Shown here: positions 1-12,408 of the stretch, piece by piece | Numbering within the stretch: the first letter of the stretch is position 1 | Layout: each line of letters opens with the position of its first letter | Assembly: GCF_003704095.1 (NCBI RefSeq) | Contig: NW_020846508.1 | Location: forward strand, 124,001-188,000 | DNA length: 64,000 nucleotides | Source: Pocillopora damicornis | Taxonomy: Eukaryota | Reading direction: 5' to 3' | The notes under the pieces: generated by a model | Told to the model about the DNA's origin: nothing | The model's input: only the letters and a program-made list of their open reading frames with translations | Databases searched by the model: none | Translations under genes and position numbers: made by a program

Positions 1-349
1 CTTGTACTGAAGCACCGCTTACCTGGGATCGACTATTCCTCGATAAATATTACTGAGGACCGGTTAAGTTAACGAGACTTTCGAGGAAAGGGCCCCAGAT
101 GGTGTGAATAAACTACACTGCTGTATCGTCAGTAAAAAAAAAAGCCACCGTGAAGTACGTTTAAGAGCTTGGTATTTTCCTTCAAGCAACGCGTTTCTCG
201 ATTGAGTGTTATAAAACCAGAAACAGTGTAACTGACAGCTGCTAATCCGAACAAAAGTAGATATAACGGGGGGGGGAGGAGGCAAAGGAAATTCAAAGTA
301 GGCATTTGCATCCGGGTCAAGCGTTGTAAAAGGCGAGTGACCAAGTCAT

Positions 350-660
350 TTAGCGCATGTTCAGGGGGGTCAATTTTGGCCGGCTGCAGAAAACATAAGA
401 AGTAACCGTTGTCACCCAGAGTATGCCAAGAAATCATTTGATAGTATCAAAAAGTTCATTGGAATTTGTAAAAGGCAACAAAAATAGGGAAATGGAAAAC
501 ACAAGACTTTTCGTACACAAAGCTTATTTAATCACAGATTTCATGTTTATTTACAATTTTGTTTTGAGTTTTACCCCAAGGGTTAGACGGTTTTCAAGCA
601 CCGCGACTTGCTCACTTCTGTGGTTGTTTTTTTTTAACTCTCGTAAGACAACTTGTTACT
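350..660. repeat. Interspersed repeat, copy 1 (shared with 37417-37700)
   Basis: Shares blocks CAATTTTGGCCGGCTGC and GGAAAAC.C.AGACTTT(T)CGTACACAAAG.TTAT, in the same order, with the copy near 37.5 kb. Confidence 0.7.
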
Positions 661-1171
661 GACATCCTGAAAACGCGTTCTTAAATGTGTTCGAACGTGC
701 GCAGACGTTTGACCACCGTGTGTTGTTCATGACTGGTTTTTTTTTGTATCTTATTGCATAATTTTGGGAGCAACTTCCCAAGACATTTATTTTTGTACTA
801 CGCCGCATGATAATGTAATTTTTCCCAATAAAGCACATTAGCATTCAAGCTTCATAGTGCGTGTTGAAAATCACATTCTAGTCGATCAAACGGATTTTCA
901 TACTGTTAGAATAAGGCTTTTTCTAATGAGGCTAAAAAAAATGGTTCGAGAATTGTTTTTTTTAGTACTTACACAATGAAGCAAAACTTTTACTGTTAAA
1001 CTATTTTTCTTGTCTTTATACTTCTATTTAATTAATTTACTTTGAAGAGTGAGCTTTCCACTTCGGACAAGAGTGACTTAATCCGCGTTCCTGCTTGGGT
1101 AAGGGGTAAGTTTAAACTTTGGCCCATTCCCCTTAGGTTGCGTACGAGAATCGTCCCCATTTGCTGCACGA

Positions 1172-1188
1172 AATGCATTATGGGACTA
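1172..1188 (-). promoter_or_regulatory. Staf/ZNF143-like site just upstream of the zinc-finger gene ATG
   Basis: The reverse complement reads TAGTCCCATAATGCATT, matching the TCCCAnnATGCA core typical of metazoan housekeeping promoters. Confidence 0.5.
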
Positions 1189-4100
1189 TGGCGACCAACG
1201 CAGGTGAGGAAATTGTTTCTGATGGAGATCCTAACCAGGTTGTTCCGCCCAATGATGCAAAACAAGAAGTCTCAGAAGGTAAAGAACAGAATCCTTATGG
1301 TGACTTTGCAAGCGCCGAACCGCCTGAGCTGATTCAGCCCGGTCCACCAGAAACGCGGATGAAGAGAGTCGATCCACGACATCAATGGATCAACACAGAT
1401 AAAGCAATACCTTACTTATGTAAACTATGTGACTACACTGCAGACTGTTCGGAGGTTGGTGAAACTTGCTCTTGATTGGTTTCAATGCCGTACAATTCGC
1501 TCAATGCATTTAATGATAATCTCTTGTGCAGTCCACTTTCAATATCCGCAAAGTCTAGACAAAATGTCTGTTTTCAGTTCAATTTTCTCGTTTATTACAG
1601 GCTTACCAGTATCATTGCATGAGTCCACGACACATAAAGCGTGCAATTGAAGAATTTAATATCAAGATTCCAAAGAGACTGGAGGAGAAAGAGGAAAAAA
1701 AGCCCCCTCCTCAGTACAATTGTCAGGTAAAGATCTGTCCGGTTTATTGTCAATTAGCCCTTAAGTCATGTCGCTCGAACTCGTGTTACCTGCAACCAGA
1801 GTCATGTCGTCCTAAGTTTTTAGTCACCTCGAAAGTTTTGGAATTAGGTCATATTTACAGTGAACTTTCACTATTGAAAGTTTTGTAATGTAAGTTAATA
1901 CAAAGGGTTGTTCAATCAATCAGTACCTTTACCGTTTTCTATAAATATACCATGTTGATGTTTTTACTTGTGATAAAAATTGGGTGAAATGTCTTAGGAT
2001 TTTGAGCAACTTGACAAAAACTTTGGGTCACATGACTCTGGTTTCAGGTGACATGACTTTGGGCAAAAGGACTTTCAGGTGCATTTGTGACTCTTCTTCA
2101 TACAAACTCCTTTCATTTCACCTTTGAATTCTGATAGGTTTCTTATGATACTTTCTTTGGCAGCTAACGCTTGCATGTGCCAAACAGGGGAATTTTACTG
2201 CTATGGGTGTAAGACTTTACTTCTCTGTTTTAACAGGTGTGTTTAGTAACATGCAATAGTGACTCTGCCTGGAATGCTCACCTGATTGGTCAAAAACACA
2301 GAAAGGTAAGTAGGAGTATAAAAATGCCGAACAGTATATACAGTAACTTACACTGTTGAGGGTTCAGAATCTATGCATTTCATAGATGTTTTTTTTTAAA
2401 AAAAGGCAATTAAGGTCACTGTATATCGTGTGGGGTTGTACAGTTAGATGCTGATTTTGTTTACCTTGGGGACAAAGGAAATTGGTTTCACATGGGAGGG
2501 AAAGCCAAATTTGGGATAAAATATCCTTTAAATCACCAAGACTTTTAAACTTCTAAATCTCATGTATATTAAGTGGCATCTGGCAAAATTTCCTAATCAC
2601 TTAGTATGGTTTTCCCGGCTATGTGTGTCATCAAAAAAACCAGTGGCAGCTTAATAAAGAGAAGAATAAGGAAGTAAACTATAATTTGAGGTGATTCTGC
2701 TAAATCATTAAAGGTACTGACTTGTGCATGTTGCAGTGAGAAGACAAGTGTGATGTTTTTGCTGTTGAAACCAAAGAAAGTGATAAATGTCTTAAGATTT
2801 TGATAGGCATTCGGCAGCTTTAGTCATAAGCAAGATGTTTGCATTAGCAAGATGTTCCCACAGTAAAAGCTGACTGTGTTGTATCTTTTCTTTAGTGGCA
2901 AGTTTACTTATTTGTGTATTTTATACTTTGCTATCAGGCTCTCGAGAAACAAGGAGCTGAGAAAGCACAGCAAAAAGCCCAGGAGAGAGGTTTCATGAAC
3001 ACAGCAATGAACACAGGATTCAATAGGGGTGGCAGAGGAGGGGGTGGTCCTGTCAGAGGAGGGGCATATCTGCCTGGTCATTCACGCAAACCTTATGAAA
3101 AGCCAGTGCATGCTGTGCAGCAGCCCAGCCTGAGTGGTCCAATAGGAGCTAAAGATTTTGCTACATACCCTGAGCCACTTATTGGTAAGTGATCTGCAGT
3201 GATTGGAGTTCGTATTTCACTTCTAAATCATGGCAGGAGTTTGTTAGCTGAATGCAGACTCCATATCACACTTGATGCTTTGATATGTGCACTGTACCTG
3301 CCTAGTACCTCTCCATGTTTACTTGCTCTTGGCATTTATGTTCTACTTTACAGAGCAAGATGCAGCTGATCAATGGGATATCAAAAACAAACATCATGTA
3401 TTTAGCATTTGAATGGAAATCATTTGTTTGACATAAGAGATTTAGCAGACATGTCTGTTTAAATGAGGATTACAGAGTGAGCAGTTGTGTTATGTTAGCC
3501 CTTTAAACCCTATGATGACCTGCATCTAATTTCTCCTAACAGTAATACTAATGAATCTTTCATTACCATCATAAGAGCAGATGAAATGATCACCAACCTA
3601 ACAAGCCTGAACTATTAAATTCTCTGTGGGTTATTCGGTGAATCAGAATCCATGGAGAATATGGATTCTGATGTTAGGGTTTAAAGGGCTAAAATTAGGG
3701 TACTAATGAAGCTCAGATGGCACCAACAAAAAATGATGAAACATAGGTGTTTGTCTCCTATGTTTGTGTCTTTTTAGAGGAATTTTTATGTGTCAAAAAT
3801 TTCCTTTTTTTGGCAGCATTAGTACCTTGACTTACAGCATACATGTTAAATGTATTTTGTGACTAGGCTGTATTTCAGAAGTCCAAGGGGGTAGGAACCC
3901 TGATTACTTCAACCTCGACATTTAAACTTGCTTCTCAGTTGTTCTGTGCATAGTAAGATCTGGATTGATGGTTCTAGGGAAATCCAAGTATCAATATTTC
4001 ACAGGTCAGATGGAGAGGCAAATTAAGTGGAGGGGTGTTTCCAATGGCTTGTTATGCACAAGTCACATGCAGTTAACTAGCACTTGTGTCTAGTTTATTT

Positions 4101-7100
4101 TTCAATCATTTACACCAACCACATGGTTCAGGTGTTACATGTACATGTAAACCTGGGCATTAGAGGGAGGAGACAAATGAGTGTCTAACTCAAACTGCTA
4201 CATTACATAGTAACAAACTGCAGTGGATATCATGGGTGAAAATATTCAGCTATGGTTTATTAGGAAGTTTATTTTCACCTGTTTTACAATTTGGCGTGTT
4301 GTGCCACTTGTTCTGTAGGCCTGGAGTATGTTACAGAAATCCAGGTTATAGGACAGAGTCCAAGATATCACTGTGAACTATGTGACTCCAAATTTGATCA
4401 CAACTTGAAGTTCCCACATCTTGTTGGAAGCAAACATCGTTTCAATGTACTGGTGAGTAGGAAAGACTGCTGAGATTGTAAAATGGAAACCTTTTAGGCC
4501 CAAAACATGATATTAGCATGATATTTTTCTCAGCATGCAAAGTGTATGTAATTGCAAGCATTTTTTTTTTTAGTTTTCTTTGCTGATTTTTGCATCCCAA
4601 TCCAAGAACAGCAGTAAAAATATTTCTTTTACTGGTTTTGTTCTTCCATGAAGTGGGCATGCATTGTCAATGTTATGGTATGAATAATCTTGTAGTTGAA
4701 ATTTTTTCCCAACCAGTTCAATATTTATTTTCCCTCTCAGTCATTATATGACAGAGAATGCAAGATAATGGAAAATGAAAACCAAACTGGTTGAAGAATT
4801 TAAAGCTAAAACTATTTGAATTACTTGTAGCCCAACACATATTCCTGTTCATTTACAGGTTGTCTCTATCATTAAAAACGCAAGGAAAACAAAACAAAAC
4901 AAAAAACAGAATATCATATGTTTGTCACTCAACAAGCAATGAACCAGCATAAAGGCAAAGTTCCTTTTTGCCCAGTATTTTTCTCCTTATTCTCGAAGGC
5001 TTTCATGGAGAAATACTTTGCATGTTAATCGTCTTAGGATAAAAGTTTTCTTTTCAATCTCAGAGGTACAGTATGCAAGGGACTGTTCTGTATAAATCTG
5101 TACAGCATATTTCAGAGCAGGGATTGAAAGACTGTCTTTTACAGAAGCGTAATATGTATCTTATGGTTTGCAAAGCTTTTTTCAGTTGGTTTCTCTTGCC
5201 CTAAACAATTAAGAAACCAATGAGAAAGCTGCACATTTTCTTGATGAAGCTGCTGTCCAGCAAAACAAACAATTAATTTGATATTGGTAAAACAAGCATG
5301 TAAAGTTGTTTTGAGCCTTTTTAAGGCATGCCAGTAGGGATAAAGTTGGTGGAAAAGGGAAATGCCGTCTCTTTTCTTCTTGTTCCATCGCCTGCCTGTC
5401 ATCATGTTTCAACTTCCATCTCTCACAACACTTAATAATTAACAATTATTCCCCAAAGTGGAGACAAATATCCCAATTTTTGACTGACACTGAGGAAAAT
5501 AATTGTTAGTATATAGCACCCAGATACCAGAAATTAGTTTGTTTCTTTAAATATACCAAAAAATAACTCTTAACACGTGATCTTGTCTCATCAGCTGCTC
5601 AAAGGTGAATAGCACTTCCAAACTTCCAAACTTGCCAATCAGCGCATGCAAAAAGCACTATTAACTTGTGTGATGTATACTAGTACAGAGTAGCATCCAA
5701 ATGAGAGGTTGCTATTTGCTTGACAATGAGAACAATCCTTGACCATTTTTCATTGAAGAACATTTTTGTACAGAAACAGTTGAAGACAACAATTTTCCTG
5801 TTTTAGGCTAAAAGCAAGCATGTGTACTTTCATTACAGGAAAGCTTTTAGCTTCCTATCTTAGTAGTTCCCAATCTAAAATGATCAAGCAAATGAGAAAG
5901 ATAAGACACAAGTATCTCTTCAAACTTTATTTGTTTGAGGTGCTGTTATTATTGGTTTGATGCATCTGTTGACTTTGTCTTCAACAGTAAAAAAAATGCA
6001 AATAGAATCTAGTCAAAACATGCAACTTGTAACTGCAGCAGTGATGGCTTCTCTAGAATTTGTGTCTGAGGGATTATGTATGAGTTTATATAAGAGGTAT
6101 TAACTTGATACACACAACTTGAAAGAAACCTGAGTTAAATTAAGTTATTTACTCCTTCTTTACTAGAAAGAGAAGGTCCCAGATGTAGCTCAGAGTATCC
6201 GTGCGGGTGTCCAAAAGCGATCAGAACTGTCCAGCAAACTGCTTGAAGAAGCACACAAACTAGAGATGATGCTAGGTCGTCAACAAGTGAAAACTCGAGT
6301 TGAAAAGAGCCCTTTCAATGTCATCAACAACCAAGTCGCCAACAACCAAACAGTTACACACCAAATGGGTAGAGGAGGTAAAGAGACTCTCATATCAACA
6401 AAAATTGATACAAAACTTCTTTCAATGTACAATTGTAGCCAATAATCTTTTTTTGTATATTTGACAGTTTTGAGAGCTGTCAGCCATCTTTCTCAAAAAC
6501 AGAAACTGCCAACTGTTTTTATTATGATAGACTCTCTAGTTGATATAGGATGAACTTATTTGTAATTAAATGTTTCTGTAAACTTGAAACTATTATCACT
6601 TTTATGTCAGTTTGATAGTTTCTTAGAAATCTTGATGAAGTATAAAAGAAAGAATATTCCTCAAATTTTAGCAAAGCAGCCATGGCAAAGTGCAAGAGGC
6701 AGAGGACATGGTAATATGAGGGGTGGACAAGGAGCACAGGGAGGTTCCTTTGCTGGCCGAGGGCAGGCAACTATGCGGGGAGGAAGAGGTGGGCAGCAAG
6801 GAAATCCTCACAGTTACAACCAGCAACAGCCTACAGCATCAAACCGCGGTGGAAGGGGTAGAACAAGAGTGTCCCCAGGTGGGAAAAGGCAGAATCAGTC
6901 CTGGGGTCAGAATTACCCTTATTATGAGAGTCAAACCAACCAGACATTCCCTGCTGGATCATATGGTGAAAATGATGATGTTAGTATAGAATGGAACAGT
7001 GGAAGACATGGAGAAGGGTATGAACATGTTCATTTGACAGTGGCTAATTTTCAAAAAACAAAAACAATCTGAAATGACTGTTCAGTCATTCAAAATGGAA

Positions 7101-8911
7101 TGCGATAAATGATGCGATATTACACAACCCATATTCTATTGCTGGTACCTCATGTGGTGTCGTCATGTTATGTGAGGTAGTCTTGCGTATGACATGTGAT
7201 GTCATGGTTGCACTTTTGGAGACAACTCTTGATATAACTATTTGATGTATTTTGGCAACACTATCTGGTCTCTTCTCTAGTATTTGTTATCATGATGTTT
7301 TGTAACATGCTAATATTGCACCCTTTTTTACCTGTTCTCATAGTCGTCATGTTTTTTTTATCATGTCAAAACAGGAATCCAATGCTACCCCCAGAGGCAT
7401 TCAAACCCAGATCTCCACCTAGACTGGCACAGTACAATGACAATAGTGACGACTTTTATGACAGTTACTACGGAAACAACAGTGGCTCAAATTATGAGGT
7501 AAATTAAATTGGCTTCTAAATAAAGCTAAAGTAGGACAAGGCAATAAATCAAATGACAAAAACATATAACTAAATAGATCATTATAAGTAACAAGCTTAG
7601 AAAAAAGGACAAAGTTTGTAAGTGTGAATTAACCCTTTACACCCTAACATCAGTATGTAAGTTCTTCATACTGTTCTCTATACATTCCTTGTGATACTTG
7701 CAAGGAGAATTTGTCTGACAATCAGGAGCTCCTTAAGTTCATAATAATTTCCTTTATTCTCATGACTGTAATGTTTGATTAAGGTTGATACTGTAAGGAG
7801 AAATTAGATGTTTATCACTCTTTTGGCTCTGAAGCTTACTTTTGCTTTTTTTTTCAGTTTAATAGTCCCTATCCTAATCAAACCACAAGTGATCAAAGGT
7901 CTGACCCATATGGGCAGATGCCCAGTGCTAACGAACAAAGGTTTCACTCATATGGACATGCACCCACTACTGTCGCAGGAGGTGCAACTAGTGGCAGTAG
8001 CAGTGGTGCTGGAAGTGCTAGCAGTAGAGATCGTGCTCCAAATAACATGAGCCTTCTCCAAGGAGCAATTGAAGATTTGGTGAGTAGTATGAAACAGATA
8101 CATTTGTATGTGCTCAGTGATGAGACACATGTACATGAAACTCCTAGTGGGTTGTTTCCCTGGTGGTCAATGTTGAGACGCATTGTGTCATTGGAAACGT
8201 AAGAAATGTACAATGCAGCTAGTGGAATGTGCGCATCGTTGATTTTCTGGCTAGCTGGTTAGTTGGCTGGCTAGCTGGCTGGCTAGCTGGCTGGCTACAA
8301 TGTAGCAGCTCTATATCTGACTGACAGACTGACTGACTGACCATGCTTTCTTTTTAGGGAAAACTTGTGACCAGCGAGGAAGATGCATCAATGGCCCTAC
8401 ATGTGTCTAATGCCCTTACACAGGCCTTACTACAGTTTCGCATGAACAACTTACCAAAAGAGGTAATTACCTGTCTCTACTATAATGTAGAATCTTTGTA
8501 CTTAAATTTTTTTATTTTGGTGTAAATTGTGTTTTCAGTTATCTGACGTGCTCACAGCGAAAAGGAGAGATCCCTAAGTGACTTTGGAGGCAAAAATCAG
8601 CTGTTTTGAAACTTGTGCGCGCCGTTATTTTTGGATTGTGTGATTTTCCAAGGTTACTCATGCTATCTTTACTAGTTAACCTGTGAACTAAATAAATGCC
8701 AACCACATGTGGGTTGAGATCCAAATAAGCCATAGAGGGAAATTTAAAAAAAAAACAGAGAAATTGTTGTTTGATTACAGTATTTCTTTCTATTAAGTGC
8801 TTTTTGAACTTTCCTTTATTAACACGTTAACTACTTTGTTGTCTCTAGAGTCTCGGTGACAGCAACACAACAGGAGCAGTTGGTGCCACATCCACAAACC
8901 CAGGGACTTGA
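1188..8911 (+). CDS. Zinc finger RNA-binding protein-like: 3 U1/matrin-type C2H2 fingers plus RGG low-complexity regions, about 637 aa, 11 exons
   Basis: Frame-consistent GT-AG exons: 1188-1454, 1601-1726, 2237-2305, 2938-3184, 4319-4452, 6167-6377, 6672-7017, 7375-7498, 7858-8079, 8358-8462, 8849-8911 (1914 nt). The fingers are YLCKLCDYTADCSEAYQYHCMSPRH, YNCQVCLVTCNSDSAWNAHLIGQKH and EPLIGLEYVTEI..YHCELCDSKFDHNLKFPHLVGSKH; the last resembles the third finger of ZFR. RGG/RGRG tracts lie in exons 4 and 7. Confidence 0.85.
3495..3692. mobile_element. MITE of about 200 bp with piggyBac-like ends
   Basis: TIRs TTAGCCCTTTAAACCCTA ... TAGGGTTTAAAGGGCTAA; intronic. Confidence 0.75.
7629..7833. mobile_element. 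MITE, TTAACCCTT family, subfamily B; right end decayed
   Basis: Begins TTAACCCTTTACACCCTAACATCAGTATG; internal sequence is shared with 44922 and 56141. Confidence 0.7.
8248..8341. repeat. Compound microsatellite (GGCT/AGCT)n + (GACT)n upstream of the exon 10 acceptor
   Basis: Visible tetranucleotide repeats. Confidence 0.85.
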
Positions 8912-9178
8912 ATCCACTCGTGTTAAAGGACTTTAGAACTGTTGAACGCTGTAACTAATTGATTATTTGGCACTCGTATATTTCACGTGTACTTCAGTGT
9001 AAATAACAAACGCCATAAGTTATTAAGAAGAAGAGTTAAATTTAGCAAGGTGACATTTAAAATTAAAATTACTTAACTAATAGTCGTTAATAAAAGTCAG
9101 TCTAATTTAAAGGTACATCGCTGGTTTTTGTTGGTTTAGGCTGAATGTAACACATTGACGTTGAAGGGGGCAAGTTTC

Positions 9179-9212
<34 letters not shown>

Positions 9213-9986
9213 ATAGCAGGTAATTTAGTGTTAACAACTGAGTTGAAAACGTAAATTGGCTACCGTAAAGAGTAAAAAACACAATTTGCAAGGTGACCTA
9301 ACGAAATCAAACGGGATGGGCGCTTGAACAAAGATCCGACAGACCGTGTGACGAGGAAGTTGTTTGAAAACATGTTAACCTGGAAACAAAGCGGATATCT
9401 ATCAGAGGTCGTCAACAATAAGATCAGACCACGACACAAACTGTGGCCTCCATACGAGGAAGTAACCATAAAAACTTTACTCTTTTGATTATACTGCCTT
9501 AATACACCTTTTAGATAACAATCGCGCGCTCGTATCGAGCCGCCATGTTTTTTTTGCTTGTTGACAAGTGTTGACATAGTAAAGCTCGCGCTATGTTCGC
9601 GTCTAGGTCTCGTGCGATGAAAAAAATATCGACGGAGTTCAGTCTCTGCTGTGGAGATGTCTAAGCGACAGCGTAACAACAAATCATTTGATGGAAAGTG
9701 ACAGGAAATTGCTGACTGAAATTAAAAATTATGAAAGTGATCATCGTCCCCTTACCCCTTTAAAGTTGTTCTGGATTGTCCTGCATATTGGAAAGAGCAG
9801 AGCAGGTTGTCATAGCGCTTTGAACACGGGCACAAGAACAAGTAGAACAGACCAGAGAATTATTACAATCAGGCTCTTTAATGTTACAAAGGTATACGCA
9901 TGACAACTTGATATCGTTTTAAAGCTACTGGTAGTTTTTCGGTCTAATGATTAATTCCTTTTTTTCCATCCCTTGGATAAAATGAG

Positions 9987-11823
9987 TTATGCGTCAATTT
10001 TGTCACCAAGTTTTTTCAGACATTCTCCAAATCGCACGAAACAACACAGCTTCTCTTCGCAGGTCTCGCTTCCCAGCATGCAACACGGGATAACTGGCAG
10101 GCATCTCTTCTGCAGAGATGAAAAGAAAACCCAAAGAAAACTATTAAATTAGCTTACTTTTCCTCTCAGTGGTTGATGAACTACATTGTGAACTTTTTGA
10201 CAATGAAAACAGAAGTCGTTACGTGAAGAATGATGGTAATAAAGACGTAGGATGTCATGGTTTATATACAAAGAAGTATTGCTAGCTGGACATTATTTGT
10301 GCACTCCATCTTTGCCATCTCTGAAGAAAAATGTCTTTTTTCTAGACAAATAAATAATGAAGAGCGAGGAGTAGGTAGGTTGGTAGGTAAGAAGGTATCG
10401 TATAGCATAAAATTTTGCGAGTTTGATTTTTGTGAATATCCCTCAATACGAAAGTAAGTTATCACATTAAAGAAAATTTAAGTCCCGCAAAATAAACTGA
10501 ATCATCGCAAAAATAATTTCCTTCAGTTAAATCAAAACTCCACGTGCAAATCAAATGTCAATTGGCTTTCTTTGTATTTGGAATCAGTTGAAATATCCAT
10601 CTACGAACTCCCCTCTGTATAGCCCAACAATTAAGACATCAAAATATTACGTTCTTTTGTTGTTGAAGTTCGGCAGCTTGAACTAAAACTCAGAGAGGTT
10701 CGTCAGCTCAGCAAGAATTTCGTTCACAGTAAGGGAAGGTGGAGAAGGTCGCTTAGTAAGTAGGGTAAATAGGGCAGGTAGATAGGGAGGGGAGGGAGGG
10801 AGGCAAGTAGAGTAAATAGGGCAGGTAGATATGGAGGGGAGGGAGGAAGGGAGGTAAGTAAGCGATATTAAGTACCCACCACAATAGGAGGTGGATTAAA
10901 TTCAATCCCTGTTTCTTTTAGACAACATCCAGTCAGCTTGATACACTTCAGATGTTCACAAGCATCTTCTTTAGCTTTATGGTGACAGATCAGTGCTTGA
11001 GCCAAACACTTTTTCTATTGAAAAGAGAAAAACAAAGGTAAAGCAGTTTGTGTTGAAATATTAGCATTTTTCTCATAAATTTACGTTCAGAGTTTGGGTT
11101 ACCCTGTGGGAATGAATGGATAGTCTTGAAAAATCTGAACTAGGACCTAAAAAAAACTTCGTTCAATTTTAAACTCCACTGTTTGGTCCTATTTTTCTAA
11201 GAAAAAAAAATAAAAATAAAACCCTTGGAGACAAGGCATTTACTCTGTAAATTTAGTTGGAAATGTGCACGAAATGGAGATGAGTTCTTGTTTATGTAAA
11301 AATTCCCATGATGATATGATGAGTTACTCAAGCATGATATGGAAGAAGGCGCCGCAAACGAAATCTGTCTTAAGACTTTGAGTTTATTCATGTTGGCTTC
11401 TTTAAGAATCTGTCAGAAACAAGATAATTTTCATCGCAAAAAATTCACCTGTAACATTTGTTATTTTTAGCTTACGCACTGGTCAACAGGCAAGAGAAAA
11501 GCCAGCAAAAAGTAGATTTCAATTTTGTTAAATACGCAGCTACTTACTATTGGCAGTGGGACCAGTGGCTTGAAAGATGGCTTGAAAGATGGCTTGAAAG
11601 ATGGGTTGAAGGATGGTTTGAAGGATGGGTTGAAGGATGGTTTGAAGGATGGTTCAAAGCTGGGTCCAGGATCTTGCAGTTTCAAGATGCCGCGAACTTT
11701 TCTGACCATCTCATGATCTTCCCTCTCAAGATAATTTAGAATTGCATGTGGATGGTACTCCATCTCCGCCTGAGCATACAAGGCCAGTGCCGAGAGAAAC
11801 AGCAAAGCAACTATTGCCTTCAT
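9987..11823 (-). CDS. Secreted cysteine-rich protein A (177 aa, 3 exons): signal peptide, pro-like segment, (PSFK/N/E)8 repeat and two Cys-rich modules
   Basis: Exons 11823-11548, 11014-10880 and 10109-9987, all with phase-0 GT-AG introns. Translation: MKAIVALLFLSALALYAQA|EMEYHPHAILNYL... | KKCLAQALICHHKAKEDACEHLKCIKLTGCCLKETGIEFNPPPIV | KRCLPVIPCCMLGSETCEEKLCCFVRFGECLKKLGDKIDA*. TATA box upstream. Confidence 0.88.
10758..10861. repeat. Purine-rich tandem duplication (about 48 bp x2) in intron 2 of protein A
   Basis: AGTAG(G/A)GTAAATAGGGCAGGTAGATA..GGAGGGGAGGGAGG occurs twice. Confidence 0.8.
11569..11664 (-). repeat. Coding 12-nt tandem repeat x8 encoding PSF(E/K/N)
   Basis: The + strand reads (N)TTGAA(A/G)GATGG repeated, which translates to PSFE PSFK PSFN PSFK PSFN PSFK PSFK PSFK. 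Confidence 0.95.
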
Positions 11824-11882
11824 GTCTATTCGTCTCCTGTGTGCTCTGGAAAACACGATGTGCACAGACCAACGCGTGTTTG

Positions 11883-11890
11883 TTTATATA
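11883..11890 (-). promoter_or_regulatory. TATA box of secreted protein A
   Basis: TATATAAA on the - strand, about 60 nt upstream of ATG 11823. Confidence 0.7.
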
Positions 11891-12265
11891 CAGCACAGAA
11901 AACCATGAGACCGCACTGCACACGCTTCGTGGGACAAATGCATTTGATTTTACTGTTGAAACAGCTTTGAGGAACTTTACCCTTATCTCTTTTTGTTTGG
12001 ACGGAAACAAAAGAGGAATCAAACCTTTTGTAATAAGTAATATAATTTCAACATCTAATTCTTTCTTTTGTTCCCCTCTTTTGTGTCATCAGCCTTTCTG
12101 AGGAACTGATTGTTTCATTTACTTTTCTCTTGCTCACTCTCGGTTCTTGAAAATTAAAACGTTTCTGTTAGCAAGGCTTTGGTGGAGTAACTATTTTAAA
12201 GCAGGAGTATGCAAGTAAAGATTAAATGGAAGAAATGCTAAGACTTCCTCTTGGCCATAGATATG

Positions 12266-12408
12266 NNNNNNNNNNNNNNNNNNNNNNNNNNNNNNNNNNN
12301 NNNNNNNNNNNNNNNNNNNNNNNNNNNNNNNNNNNNNNNNNNNNNNNNNNNNNNNNNNNNNNNNNTATAACTGTTACAGTACACTATAGCTGTTACAGTA
12401 CACTATAA
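12266..12408. other. Assembly gap (100 N) followed by a 19-bp tandem repeat
   Basis: N-run at 12266-12365, then TATA(A/G)CTGTTACAGTACAC x2+; probably a collapsed minisatellite. Confidence 0.85.

Noticed and set aside
9260-9682. 140-aa - strand ORF and other 60-100 aa intronic or intergenic ORFs
   Set aside because: They have non-ATG starts or no recognisable motifs and no splice context, as expected by chance.
11569-11664. Direct repeats that could be read as a CRISPR-like array
   Set aside because: They are contiguous 12-nt units with no spacers, inside a eukaryotic coding exon.
11458-11739. + strand ORFs with (DGLK)n and (WLER/WFEG)n repeats
   Set aside because: These are antisense shadows of the PSFK repeat; only the - frame has a signal peptide, a TATA box and splice partners.
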